A stretch of 64,000 bases of DNA, taken from positions 1 through 64,000 of IMG/VR virus record IMGVR_UViG_3300033074_000614; one strand, given 5' to 3'. Position numbers and translations under genes: made by a program. Below are positions 27,035 through 35,648 of this stretch, one piece after another (within the stretch, counting starts at the first letter, position 1; each line of letters opens with the position of its first letter). Origin of the DNA: a virus. Lineage: Duplodnaviria > Caudoviricetes. Below the pieces are notes generated by a model, which did not search any database, was not told the DNA's origin, and saw only the letters and a program-made list of their open reading frames with translations.

Positions 27035-27534
27035 TTGGTCCCTTCCGCGCGGGCGATGGCGGCTACCGCAAGTTGATGGTTTTTCGTCTTGAGGTTTTGA
27101 TTGTTGCGAATCTGGAACGCTACGAACGCTTTGCACGCCGCGAGCAGGTCGGGTGCTGCTGCGACAAGTCGAGCGTTGTCCTCGTTGTCGCAAATTGCCG
27201 GTATCGCTACCCATTCCGCGCCGTCTTCGATGGGTCCAATAATTGCAAAATTTTCGTTATAAAATGATGGCGTGTTTGGATCGCGTCCACCTCTCGCAGT
27301 CCAAGGTCCGGGTGTGTGACCATCGCCTTTCTTTGGGGATATTGGCCGACCAGTTTCCTTCTCGAATGCAGTCTCCATAATCCCGGCAAGAGCGCGCAGT
27401 TTGGCACACGCTTCGGGGACATTGTATCGAGGTTCACCGTCTTTAATGTCCATCCCAATACATCCGCACGCCGCCAGAACCCCCATAATTGCCACGGTTG
27501 GATTCTCGTATTTAGTGTGTCCCATAAATCCCAT
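27031..27534 (-). CDS. Phage protein with HTPGPW...ARLVAAAPDLL motif
   Basis: Motif widespread in phage early genes; start uncertain. Confidence 0.7.
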   Translation of the reverse strand: MGFMGHTKYENPTVAIMGVLAACGCIGMDIKDGEPRYNVPEACAKLRALAGIMETAFEKETGRPISPKKGDGHTPGPWTARGGRDPNTPSFYNENFAIIGPIEDGAEWVAIPAICDNEDNARLVAAAPDLLAACKAFVAFQIRNNQNLKTKNHQLAVAAIARAEGTK

Positions 27535-27616
27535 TCTCCCCGGAGGGGTTATTCCCGCCAAAACCGTGGCGGTCGGTAATTGCCGTACTCTTTCGAGTGC
27601 GGCGGGGTGGGTTAGA

Positions 27617-27952
27617 TCAGTCGGCCCATCTGACCGGGGAGAGTTCGCTGGTGCGGTTTGACATTCTGCCACCGCTGAACACGCTCCATTGCCCGTTTTC
27701 CTGTTGCTTCACAAAGGGCAGGAACTTGTGGAACATCTTGCCGGTGCGGTAGCGGCCAAGCACGGTTGCGGTCTTGATCTGCCATTCGCAGCCCATCGAG
27801 CCGTTGCGGAACTCTTTGCCGTCGATCTTGACTACGCGGCGGATTTCAACGTTCCGGGTTACGCAACCGATTGAGATTGCCACGGTCTGAACTTCATACT
27901 CGAAGGTGCCGTTTGTGCTGGTGGTCGTTTCGGTTGTAATCGTTGCGTTCAT
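27617..27952 (-). CDS. Hypothetical protein, first gene of leftward early operon
   Basis: AGGAG RBS, directly downstream of the leftward promoter. Confidence 0.7.
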   Translation of the reverse strand: MNATITTETTTSTNGTFEYEVQTVAISIGCVTRNVEIRRVVKIDGKEFRNGSMGCEWQIKTATVLGRYRTGKMFHKFLPFVKQQENGQWSVFSGGRMSNRTSELSPVRWAD

Positions 27953-27990
27953 CGTAATTCTCCTAGTCAGGCAACATGCCCGACTCAATA

Positions 27991-28018
27991 AGTATACCAG
28001 TTAGTCGGTTAAGTGCAA
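27991..28018 (-). promoter_or_regulatory. Leftward sigma70 promoter
   Basis: On the minus strand TTGCAC-16 bp-TATACT with TGG extension. Confidence 0.7.
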
Positions 28019-28139
28019 CTTTGATTTCACTTAATCGCAAAGATCTTGCAGATTGTGTACTAACCGTGTCCTAACCAGATCGTATCTGCCGTTATTTCAA
28101 GGGTTTACGTCGATTCTGGCGGATTCTTTTATTTTACGC

Positions 28140-28168
28140 TTGATAAGGTGAAACGTTTGTCTTATTCT
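28140..28168 (+). promoter_or_regulatory. Rightward sigma70 promoter
   Basis: TTGATA-17 bp-TATTCT upstream of GGAGG RBS and ATG 28193. Confidence 0.65.
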
Positions 28169-28192
28169 TCCCCATAACCCAACGGAGGTATC

Positions 28193-28378
28193 ATGCTCAC
28201 AGTCTCACAGATAGCCAAAGAATACAGCCTGCCCCTCGGCACGGTCAACAGCCGAATCAGAATCCTTGGCGTGCAAGCCGATCGCAAGACCGGAAACGTC
28301 AGGCAGTATGGCGTGAAGAGTGTAAAGCGGATTGTGTCTGCGATGAAAAAGGGAAGACCGCTCAAGTCGCTGGCGTAA
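28193..28378 (+). CDS. Small HTH DNA-binding protein (Cro/excisionase/MerR-like)
   Basis: MLTVSQIAKEYSLPLGTVNSRI helix-turn-helix pattern, basic C-terminus. Confidence 0.7.
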   Translation: MLTVSQIAKEYSLPLGTVNSRIRILGVQADRKTGNVRQYGVKSVKRIVSAMKKGRPLKSLA

Positions 28379-28423
28379 ACAGCCGATGAGTTACAGCCGC
28401 GATAGTGCGGCAGGAGAATTGAA

Positions 28424-28756
28424 ATGAACGACGAAATTATGACAGGCCGCAACCCTTCCGCAGATCAAGCCCTCGCCCGCGACCTTGGCGTGACGCTCTC
28501 GCCAGAGCAGGATGAGGTAACGCCGCTTGTGGCGATTGGCCCCGCTGGTTACACGGTGGACGCGAGCGGTTCGCCCGTCGATATTATCCGCTCCGAGAAC
28601 AATGCCTCACTTCTCGCTATCGGCTACGTCCGTGGCATCGAAGGCGTGCGCGGCGTGTTGAAGAAGTACGGCGTAGAAATCCCGATACCCGCATTGCTTG
28701 ACGTTCTTGACCTGACGATGAACAGCCGCGAGAACTCTGCGAAAGGACCGAAATGA
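28424..28756 (+). CDS. Hypothetical protein
   Basis: AGGAG RBS, 110 aa. Confidence 0.65.
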   Translation: MNDEIMTGRNPSADQALARDLGVTLSPEQDEVTPLVAIGPAGYTVDASGSPVDIIRSENNASLLAIGYVRGIEGVRGVLKKYGVEIPIPALLDVLDLTMNSRENSAKGPK

Positions 28757-28977
28757 TCCCCGCCACCATTTACAAACACACCCGCCTAACCGCCTCGCAG
28801 CAAGCCGAGGACCGCGCCTGCCCCGATGGCGCTCCTGACGTTGAACTGTGCGACTGCGGCGAGGTTGCAACTCTCAAGTGTGGAACTACGCCGGTGTGTT
28901 CGGCGTGCAACTTGGTCAGTGCGATTGACGAAACTGGGGTGAGGGCGGATTACGCGGAATGTGAAGGGGCGGACTGA
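28753..28977 (+). CDS. Small Zn-finger-like protein
   Basis: CDCGE...C...CSAC; ATGA coupling. Confidence 0.6.
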   Translation: MIPATIYKHTRLTASQQAEDRACPDGAPDVELCDCGEVATLKCGTTPVCSACNLVSAIDETGVRADYAECEGAD

Positions 28978-29085
28978 TGAAGCGTAGATCGTGCTTCCTG
29001 AACGAAAGCGACTCGCCGGACTTAACGGTTCGGCCCGTCGATTGTGTTGAAGTGTCCAGTTGTTTTTTGAATGAAGGAGAACGAA

Positions 29086-30039
29086 ATGTTCGTAAAAGCC
29101 GAGAAGTCGCAATCGAGATTGAGGATGGCCCTGATAGCACCGAGCGGGGCGGGAAAGACCTACACCGCGCTGAAGCTCGCCAAAGAACTGGCGGGGGAGG
29201 GCAAGGTGGCGGTCATTGACAGCGAGCGGGGATCGGCGTCGAAGTACGCCGACGAGTTCGACTTCGATGTAGTAAACCTCGAATCGTTCTCGCCGGAGAC
29301 TTACACCGCAGCAATTGAAGCGGCGGGTGCGGATGGCTATGCCGTGCTGATCGTGGACTCACTTACCCACGCATGGAGCGGCAAGGACGGCGCGCTTGAA
29401 CAGGTTGACAAGGCTGTAGCGCGGCAACGTGGCGGGAGCGGTAACACTTTCACCGCTTGGCGCGAAGTGACACCCATGCACAACGCGCTTATCGACGCGA
29501 TGCTGCGATCACCCTGTCACGTAATCGGGACGCTGCGAACCAAGACAGAGTACGTGCTTGAGGAAAACGAGAAGGGTAAGAAGGTTCCCCGCAAGGTTGG
29601 CATGGCCCCGATCCAGCGCGACGGTATGGAATACGAGTTCGACGTTGTGGCCGATATGGACATTGACCACAAGATGATCATCAGCAAGACGCGATGCTCC
29701 GCGCTTGACGGTGGCGTATTCAAGAAGCCCGGCAAGGAAGTTGCCGACACGCTCAAGGCGTGGCTTGGTACGGGCAAGGCGATACCCACACCACCCGCGC
29801 CGACTCCAAAGGTGCTGACACCACGCGAAGAGTTTGTAACGCTCTTGGCGAAGTGGTCCGGCATCGACCCCGCCACTGACAAGGTGGGATTCAAGGCGGC
29901 GGGAATCTCGATCATCGAAAAGTGTGGACTTGACAAAGGCGAGAAGTTGACCGACGACATGGCGACTACCGCGATCGTCAAGATCAAATCTTGGATGGAA
30001 ACCAAAACCGACTTCATGGAGATTGTCAATGGACATTGA
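29086..30039 (+). CDS. AAA ATPase, Sak4/AAA_24-like recombination protein
   Basis: APSGAGKT Walker A, VIDSE, LIVDSLTHAW, GMEYEFDV; upstream of ssb. Confidence 0.88.
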   Translation: MFVKAEKSQSRLRMALIAPSGAGKTYTALKLAKELAGEGKVAVIDSERGSASKYADEFDFDVVNLESFSPETYTAAIEAAGADGYAVLIVDSLTHAWSGKDGALEQVDKAVARQRGGSGNTFTAWREVTPMHNALIDAMLRSPCHVIGTLRTKTEYVLEENEKGKKVPRKVGMAPIQRDGMEYEFDVVADMDIDHKMIISKTRCSALDGGVFKKPGKEVADTLKAWLGTGKAIPTPPAPTPKVLTPREEFVTLLAKWSGIDPATDKVGFKAAGISIIEKCGLDKGEKLTDDMATTAIVKIKSWMETKTDFMEIVNGH

Positions 30040-30484
30040 ACTAATTAGCAAGGCTGACGAGGCTATTGCGCTCATCGAATCCGGCGAAGCGACCCGCGAG
30101 CAGGTGGTAGCTGCAATGGCGTTCGTGGATCGACTGAGCGCGGTACGCACCAACCTCAAGACTCGACTCGATGGCGCGTGCTTGCAATGGGTGAAACAGA
30201 ACGGCGAGTTCGACGACGGCGTAAAGAAGTATTACGTCGGCAAGGACAAGACGACAAAGGTTAAAGACCTGCGCCACTGTGTCCAGACCGCTATGTCTGT
30301 GCTTGATGTTGACTCATTCATCCTGTGCCTGAGTACGGGCGCGTTCAAGCCCGCCGCGACTATCAAAGCGTTCGAGGGTGCTGGACTAGACAAGGAGCAA
30401 ATCGCAGAACTGTTTGATGTAACCGTGTCCGAAGATCTGAAATTCAAAGCCGTTGACAAGCGGTTTATTGGGGAGAACGTTTGA
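30023..30484 (+). CDS. Hypothetical protein in recombination module
   Basis: Between Sak4-like gene and ssb, overlapping both. Confidence 0.65.
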   Translation: MSMDIELISKADEAIALIESGEATREQVVAAMAFVDRLSAVRTNLKTRLDGACLQWVKQNGEFDDGVKKYYVGKDKTTKVKDLRHCVQTAMSVLDVDSFILCLSTGAFKPAATIKAFEGAGLDKEQIAELFDVTVSEDLKFKAVDKRFIGENV

Positions 30485-30933
30485 TGCCAAACTACAACAA
30501 AGTCATGCTCATGGGAAATCTCACACGCGATATTGAGATTCGCCACACCACCGGCAATCAAGCCGTAGCCAACCTGTCAATGGCGATTAACCGCCGCTGG
30601 CGATCCGCTGACGGTCAGGACCGCGAAGAGGTAACTTTCGTGGACTGCGAGGCGTGGGGTAAGACCGCCGAAACCCTTGCGAAGTACCTGCAAAAGGGCA
30701 GGCCGGTGTTTATTGAAGGGCGGTTGAAGCTCGACACTTGGGAGGACAAGGAAGGCAAGAAGCAAAGCAAACTGCGTGTGGTCGTTGACGGGTTCCAGTT
30801 TGTTGACAGCAAGCCGAACGGCGGCGAGGGTGAAAGCGATGCGCCCGCCGCAGACTTATCGAAGTACGACACAACGAAGGGCGTGTCGAAGCGTTCCGCG
30901 CCGACGCCGGAATCAATTGACGTTCCTTGGTAA
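30484..30933 (+). CDS. ssb: Single-stranded DNA-binding protein
   Basis: NKVMLMGNLTRD...CEAWGKTAE...KGRPVFIEGRL; acidic tail ending DVPW. Confidence 0.95.
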   Translation: MPNYNKVMLMGNLTRDIEIRHTTGNQAVANLSMAINRRWRSADGQDREEVTFVDCEAWGKTAETLAKYLQKGRPVFIEGRLKLDTWEDKEGKKQSKLRVVVDGFQFVDSKPNGGEGESDAPAADLSKYDTTKGVSKRSAPTPESIDVPW

Positions 30934-30983
30934 GAAATAACCCACCGCGCAAGCGGCAGCCCTATGGGCGGAAAGTAGGAAGC

Positions 30984-31337
30984 ATGAAAGATATTACCGT
31001 TCAGAGAACAGCCTTGGTTGCGATCCTCAAAGAGAACCGGAAGAAACACGAGGACGCCTACACGTCGGCACTCGCTGCATATCGCGCCGCCGCGATTCAG
31101 GAACTCAAGAACAATTTGGCGACCGCTCAGAGCAACGGCCCGATTGTTCGACGACTGGAAGCTTGCGAACCGCAAACATTCGTCAAGGACTACAACCGCG
31201 CTATCGGGATGCTTGAGCTTTGCACTGATGATGAGATCGAACTGAGCGAACACGACTACTCGCAATTCGTTGAGGACCAGTGGGGATGGTCTGGACAATT
31301 TGCGACAACCACGATGAGCTACAACGCAAAGACATAG
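30984..31337 (+). CDS. Hypothetical protein
   Basis: AGGA RBS; MKDITVQRTALVAILKENRKKH... Confidence 0.7.
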   Translation: MKDITVQRTALVAILKENRKKHEDAYTSALAAYRAAAIQELKNNLATAQSNGPIVRRLEACEPQTFVKDYNRAIGMLELCTDDEIELSEHDYSQFVEDQWGWSGQFATTTMSYNAKT

Positions 31338-31676
31338 GAACAGGTGGCCCGTTCCTGTCAGCGAGCCGACTGCATCGGCCAGACGTTTGGTGTTCATTGA
31401 CGCGAGGGAATAGACCTCGTGACAGCCGGGAAAGACCGGCTTGCTTGCGTGAAACTCCAAAGTTTTCCCATTTGAAAGGGGGCCAGCCATGAAGACTAAG
31501 TAACAGCTTGCAAGCTAAATGCAATTAGGAATGCCTCTGGATTAATTAGTGTTTCGGTTTACGGCCACTGGACCGCATCCAGACCGCTAAGCGGCGCACC
31601 GCGACTTTCCCCGCACTGGGTATGTGCAACCCGCCGAAGTCCAACGCACCGCGTCGGATGCTGAGTAGGCGGGATT
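31336..31676 (+). ncRNA. Putative structured RNA (hairpin array) in a 530-bp intergenic region
   Basis: Consecutive stems AGGAAC/GTTCCT, GCCGA/TCGGC, GCGAGG-GAATAGA-CCTCGT, GCCGG-GAAAGA-CCGGC, plus GCATCC/GGATGC and CCCGCC/GGCGGG; no credible long ORF. Confidence 0.45.
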
Positions 31677-31804
31677 GGGGTGTCAGCTTGGACGGTGACA
31701 AGCAACGCGGTGTAGAGCCGGGCTTAATGCCTACCTCCTTTTGCGAGGGCGTGATGGTCGGATGAACGACACGGTCATAGCGGGTTCAATTCCTGCCCAC
31801 CCCA
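31677..31804 (+). ncRNA. tRNA-like element with expanded anticodon/variable domain (128 nt)
   Basis: Acceptor GGGGTGT/CCACCCC (6/7 pairs) plus A; D-arm GCTT-10 nt-AAGC; T-arm GCGGG-TTCAATT-CCTGC; 75 nt between D and T arms; no encoded CCA. Confidence 0.55.
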
Positions 31805-31821
31805 TTCTCTCTCTTCTCTCG

Positions 31822-31854
31822 CCCCCGGCTCGACCAACGCCGACCGGGGGTTTT
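31822..31854 (+). terminator. Terminator-like hairpin after the tRNA-like element
   Basis: CCCCCGG...CCGGGGG followed by TTTT. Confidence 0.6.
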
Positions 31855-31867
31855 AAGGAGCCTCACG

Positions 31868-32902
31868 ATGAACAAGATTGATCTTTACAACAGAGCGATT
31901 GGGATACTCACAGAAGTTCAGGCACTGCGCGATTTACTTGAGCCTGACGCGAAGGCCGCTGATCCTGTGATTGGTTGGGTCGCGTGGACGCCCGTTGGAT
32001 ACATCTACGGCGACGACGGGAAGGTCTGCAACGATATTTCAGTCGCGCGAATCTACACCACAGAGGAAGCCGCTGTTCGCAATACGCGAATGTTCCCAAA
32101 CGGTCGCGCGGTGAAAGTCCACGTTACGCCAACCGGTTGGAAAGAAGTCGATCCTGTGCCCGCAACTCCCGCGAAGGTGGAAGCTGGCGCGGCGAAGGTT
32201 GAGACTCGCCCGGTGTTCACTTTCGAGCGCGGGGACGTGGTGACGAAAGGAAACACAAACCATTTTCTTTGGCGGGATGGAAAGTGGGCTTATTTCAACA
32301 ACGCACACAACTTTGTTACGCCAGTGGTTTTTGGAGGCGGAACATTTCGCTCCCCGTCAGAAGTTGATCTGACCAATGAACAGGTCGTCGCCCACCTCAA
32401 CAAGCATGGTTGGGACGCGAAGTTCCCGGAAGACACCCCCGCAAGCGACTCTGTGAAGGGGGAGAGGGATCGGCATGGGCGCGAGATTGTGAACCGCGAG
32501 GGTCACGCGATGGTGGTGAGGACAGAAGAAGACGATCGACCATATTTGGTCGTTGATGGTGATATGTGGTGGGACGGAATCAAGTGGGATTTTGATGTAT
32601 CAAAAAGCGTGGGGTGTTTCACTCTTGATGAAGCCATGACCGCACTCACCCTTGCCGCCGCCACACCCCTCCCCACACCTTCGCCCGCAGCGAGTGAGGC
32701 GAGTGAGGACATTACCGACTACGCATGGAACAAGATCGGCAAACACACGAACGGCGAGTCGTTTCTGTACGGCGCGTTTCGTGGAATGCTCGGACAGATT
32801 GACAAACTCAAAGAACAGAATCAATCGCTCACCGCCGACCTCGAACGCTACCGCGTGAGGCTTGCGAGTTTGGAAGCTAAGTTAAATAAGGGGAACGCAT
32901 GA
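31868..32902 (+). CDS. Hypothetical multi-domain early protein
   Basis: AAGGAG RBS, 344 aa, C-terminal coiled coil. Confidence 0.75.
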   Translation: MNKIDLYNRAIGILTEVQALRDLLEPDAKAADPVIGWVAWTPVGYIYGDDGKVCNDISVARIYTTEEAAVRNTRMFPNGRAVKVHVTPTGWKEVDPVPATPAKVEAGAAKVETRPVFTFERGDVVTKGNTNHFLWRDGKWAYFNNAHNFVTPVVFGGGTFRSPSEVDLTNEQVVAHLNKHGWDAKFPEDTPASDSVKGERDRHGREIVNREGHAMVVRTEEDDRPYLVVDGDMWWDGIKWDFDVSKSVGCFTLDEAMTALTLAAATPLPTPSPAASEASEDITDYAWNKIGKHTNGESFLYGAFRGMLGQIDKLKEQNQSLTADLERYRVRLASLEAKLNKGNA

Positions 32903-33318
32903 AAGACGAGTTAAAAACCATGTTGAAGTACCTTGAGAAAATGGAGCGCGAGTGCCGCGAGAAGGCTGCAAGCGATGCGAAGGGAACGTGCTACCACTCC
33001 GCCGCATCGTTTGACGATCAGGCGTTGGCATATCGCACGGCTGGATTCTTTGCCTCACAACTTCTCGCCGCCCGCAAACCCGCTCGCACTCGCAAGACCG
33101 CCAAAGGCGGGGGGGAAGAAATGAGAACTGTAATTTGGCTAGTCGCCAGAACCATCGTCGCCACGGTTTGCACTTTCGCAACCATCGGATCAATTGCCAC
33201 AGGTGATACGGGTTGGGCGTGGTGTCACGGAATCTTGGCACTGTTGAACGTACTTGCCGCAGTGGATGACGTGAGGATCATCAAGGGGCGACTCGCAGAA
33301 CAGTCGAGGGCGAACTAA
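32899..33318 (+). CDS. Hypothetical protein (possibly two genes fused at a G7 run)
   Basis: Soluble N-half, then internal RBS-like GGGGGAAGAA-ATG at 33121 and a hydrophobic C-half. Confidence 0.55.
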   Translation: MKDELKTMLKYLEKMERECREKAASDAKGTCYHSAASFDDQALAYRTAGFFASQLLAARKPARTRKTAKGGGEEMRTVIWLVARTIVATVCTFATIGSIATGDTGWAWCHGILALLNVLAAVDDVRIIKGRLAEQSRAN

Positions 33319-33689
33319 TGGCAAGTGTCACCATCGAAATGGCGCACCCGCCGCGATGCCTGTCGCCAAACGGACGGGCGCACTGGGGGCAGAAGGCGAA
33401 GGAAGGCAAGGCGTTTCGCACATTCGCAAGGTACAAATTCAACAAGGCCAGATTGGACCAAACAGTTTGGACCCGCGCCAGAATGACAATCACTTGGTAT
33501 CACAAGACATCCCGCTTCCCCGATTCCGACAACGTGATCGGCTCGTGCAAGTGGATCAGGGATGGAATCGCCGACACTGGCATCGTTGCCAACGACCGGG
33601 ACATTACGGATATTCGCGTCTTGTTTGTGAAGGACAAGGCGAGGCCGAGGGTTGAGATAACGCTTGAGGAAATTAAGGAGGCGGCGTAA
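33318..33689 (+). CDS. RusA-like Holliday junction resolvase
   Basis: LSPNGRxHW...PDSDNVIGSCKWIRDGIADTGIVAND. Confidence 0.8.
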   Translation: MASVTIEMAHPPRCLSPNGRAHWGQKAKEGKAFRTFARYKFNKARLDQTVWTRARMTITWYHKTSRFPDSDNVIGSCKWIRDGIADTGIVANDRDITDIRVLFVKDKARPRVEITLEEIKEAA

Positions 33690-34012
33690 TGCTCGTACTG
33701 ACCCGTCAACCAGGCGGCGGCCTCATCCTCAAACTGGAGGACGGTCGCAAGATCAGGATCAAAGTCGTCGGCGTGGACTCATGCCAACGGGTGCGACTCG
33801 GCATCGACGCGCCAAAGTCGATCAACGTGCTACGCGACGAGGTGAAGGATACGGGGGTGCAGGTTGCTAACCGTGAAAATCTTACTTCCGAACGACTTAT
33901 GCACATCCGAATGAGTTATCCACAATCGTACGAATTTTGCAGTGAATTGTGCCTGAAACTTGCACTCAAAGAAAGATTTTGTTATAATCCGGTAGACCAA
34001 GTTTCGAGATGA
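33689..34012 (+). CDS. csrA: Carbon storage regulator CsrA homolog with C-terminal extension
   Basis: MLVLTR...IRIKVV...VRLGIDAPKSINVLRDEV. Confidence 0.9.
   Translation: MLVLTRQPGGGLILKLEDGRKIRIKVVGVDSCQRVRLGIDAPKSINVLRDEVKDTGVQVANRENLTSERLMHIRMSYPQSYEFCSELCLKLALKERFCYNPVDQVSR
33916..33988 (+). promoter_or_regulatory. DnaA box and sigma70 promoter upstream of the replication genes
   Basis: Perfect TTATCCACA (33916-33924); TTGCAC(33960-65)-17 bp-TATAAT(33983-88) with TG extension. Confidence 0.75.
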
Positions 34013-34044
34013 TGAATGCGTAAACCTTACCTCGACAATCTAAC

Positions 34045-34113
34045 CCTCTGCCCCATCGAGCTTGGTCGCTACGCATTCGTGTGTATCCCTTCGGGGAACG
34101 TCCGGGGCAGAGG
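34045..34113 (+). promoter_or_regulatory. Structured 5' leader of the initiator gene
   Basis: 10-bp stem CCTCTGCCCC/GGGGCAGAGG enclosing a CCC-TTCG-GGG hairpin. Confidence 0.5.
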
Positions 34114-34139
34114 CTTTGATTGCCGCGTGGAGACATGGA

Positions 34140-35018
34140 TTGTCTAAACCAACCTACATCCCAATTCACTACCAGCCGTTCATTTCAGACGATCGCGTTC
34201 AACTCATGGACGCTGAGCAGGTCGGCGCGTACTTGTTGCTGATGATCGCAGCATGGCAAGGCGACCCACCGTGCAGCCTGCCAGACAATGAAGCGATGCT
34301 CGCAAAGTGGGCGCGTACCAAGTTGCCGCGATGGTCGAAGATCGGTCCTGCCGTTATGGAGTGTTGGCGGCTTGAGAATGGCCGCTGGTATCAAGACCGT
34401 TTGGCGGCGGAATATTCCAAGTCGATCAAGAGAATGGAGATTGCTCGCAACAACGGAAAGGGCGGCGGACGACCCGGAAAAAATAACCCAGCGGGTTTAC
34501 AAAAAGAACCCAGCGGGTTAGCAGATGGTTTACCAGAAATAACCCAACGGGATAGCAGCCGGTTTTCTACAGTAAATCATGAGATTGGGAGATTGGGAGA
34601 TTCTTCAGAAAAGACACCCAAACCCAAAACCCCGCAGGCGGCTACGCCGCTGCTGAGCGATCTCGTTTGGGAGCAATGCAACTGGCGCAAGGAGGCCAAG
34701 GGCAAGGCATACCCCGCGATCGTCAAGGCCATCGGCAAAGTCGCCAACGCCCGGCGATGCACGCCAGAGCAAGCCGCGCAGTACATCGCGGACAAGGCGG
34801 CACAGTACACCAAAGCGACCGAATCGACCGAGCGGCGTTTCAGGCCGCTGCCCGCGAGTTGGATCAATGCCGAGCGGTACGATGACGATCCCGCAGACTG
34901 GGCCGCGTCCTACGCCCCGCCATTGTCCAGCAAAGAGCAAGCCCAACGTGCCCGCGAATCACGCGAGCCGGAAGAGAAAATCAAACTTCCAGTGTTCAAC
35001 TACGGAGAAACAGCATGA
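34140..35018 (+). CDS. Replication initiator with DUF1376/YdaU-like N-terminus
   Basis: YIPIHYQPFISD...GAYLLLMIAAWQ...LPDNEAMLAKWAR; C-terminal LPASWINAERYDD. TTG start proposed after GGAG. Confidence 0.8.
   Translation: MSKPTYIPIHYQPFISDDRVQLMDAEQVGAYLLLMIAAWQGDPPCSLPDNEAMLAKWARTKLPRWSKIGPAVMECWRLENGRWYQDRLAAEYSKSIKRMEIARNNGKGGGRPGKNNPAGLQKEPSGLADGLPEITQRDSSRFSTVNHEIGRLGDSSEKTPKPKTPQAATPLLSDLVWEQCNWRKEAKGKAYPAIVKAIGKVANARRCTPEQAAQYIADKAAQYTKATESTERRFRPLPASWINAERYDDDPADWAASYAPPLSSKEQAQRARESREPEEKIKLPVFNYGETA
34485..34553 (+). repeat. Iteron-like repeats (putative ori) inside the initiator gene
   Basis: AACCCAGCGGGTT at 34485 and 34507, AACCCAACGGGAT at 34541; AACCC/GGGTT dyad; A-rich spacers. 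Confidence 0.65.
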
Positions 35019-35602
35019 GTCTTACATCCACCATTCCAGTCTCGGTCGAGGGCATCTTGCGCCGCAGCCGCATCCCCGAACTTCACCTGCAACACCAGCA
35101 CGCTTGGGGGGAACACGCAAAGTACGACGCGGCAATGACCCACCTTTCCAGTGCGATCAGCCGTGAAAAGTTGTGCGTTCTCATCGGAGGGAGGGGTACG
35201 GGAAAAACTCAAATGGTTGCGCTGTACGCAAGGCGACTTGCCGAACTGTGGAGCGGGATGCAGGCCGAAGACACTCCGATCGTCTACAGGACCGCGAAAG
35301 AAATGTTGGCCGAAATCCGCATAGGCATCAACGAAACGGGCCAGATGCCAGACCGGTTCGTTAAGGCGAGACTGTTGATCGTTGACGAAATCCAGGTGCG
35401 GAGCGAAACCGAAGACCAGCGCGACAACCTGACGCTGTTGATCGACAAGCGATACGGCGCGATGAAGGCGACGGTATTGATCGGGAACTTAAAGCAAGAC
35501 GAATTGCAGGCCGCGCTTGGGGCGTCGATCTGTGACCGCGTGCGTGATGGCGGGTGTGTAATCCCGTTCACTTGGCAGAGTTTTCGGGGAGTCGCATCGT
35601 GA
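35015..35602 (+). CDS. DnaC/IstB-like ATPase (helicase loader)
   Basis: GGRGTGKT Walker A, LLIVDE Walker B, IDKRY, LIGNL, DRVRD. Confidence 0.88.
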   Translation: MSLTSTIPVSVEGILRRSRIPELHLQHQHAWGEHAKYDAAMTHLSSAISREKLCVLIGGRGTGKTQMVALYARRLAELWSGMQAEDTPIVYRTAKEMLAEIRIGINETGQMPDRFVKARLLIVDEIQVRSETEDQRDNLTLLIDKRYGAMKATVLIGNLKQDELQAALGASICDRVRDGGCVIPFTWQSFRGVAS

Positions 35603-35648
35603 AGCGAAACGAGTTTGAAATGGTTCTTAGCAACGGAAGGAAGTCGGC

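Noticed and set aside
28977-29219. ORF with repeated SCFLNE peptide
   Set aside because: Overlaps the AAA ATPase by over 130 bp in another frame with no protein-like features; the repeat is short and may be chance.
31677-31804. Canonical tRNA or tmRNA
   Set aside because: No 7-nt anticodon loop on a 5-bp stem at the right position; too short for tmRNA and lacks G3:U70 and a tag ORF. Kept as tRNA-like ncRNA.
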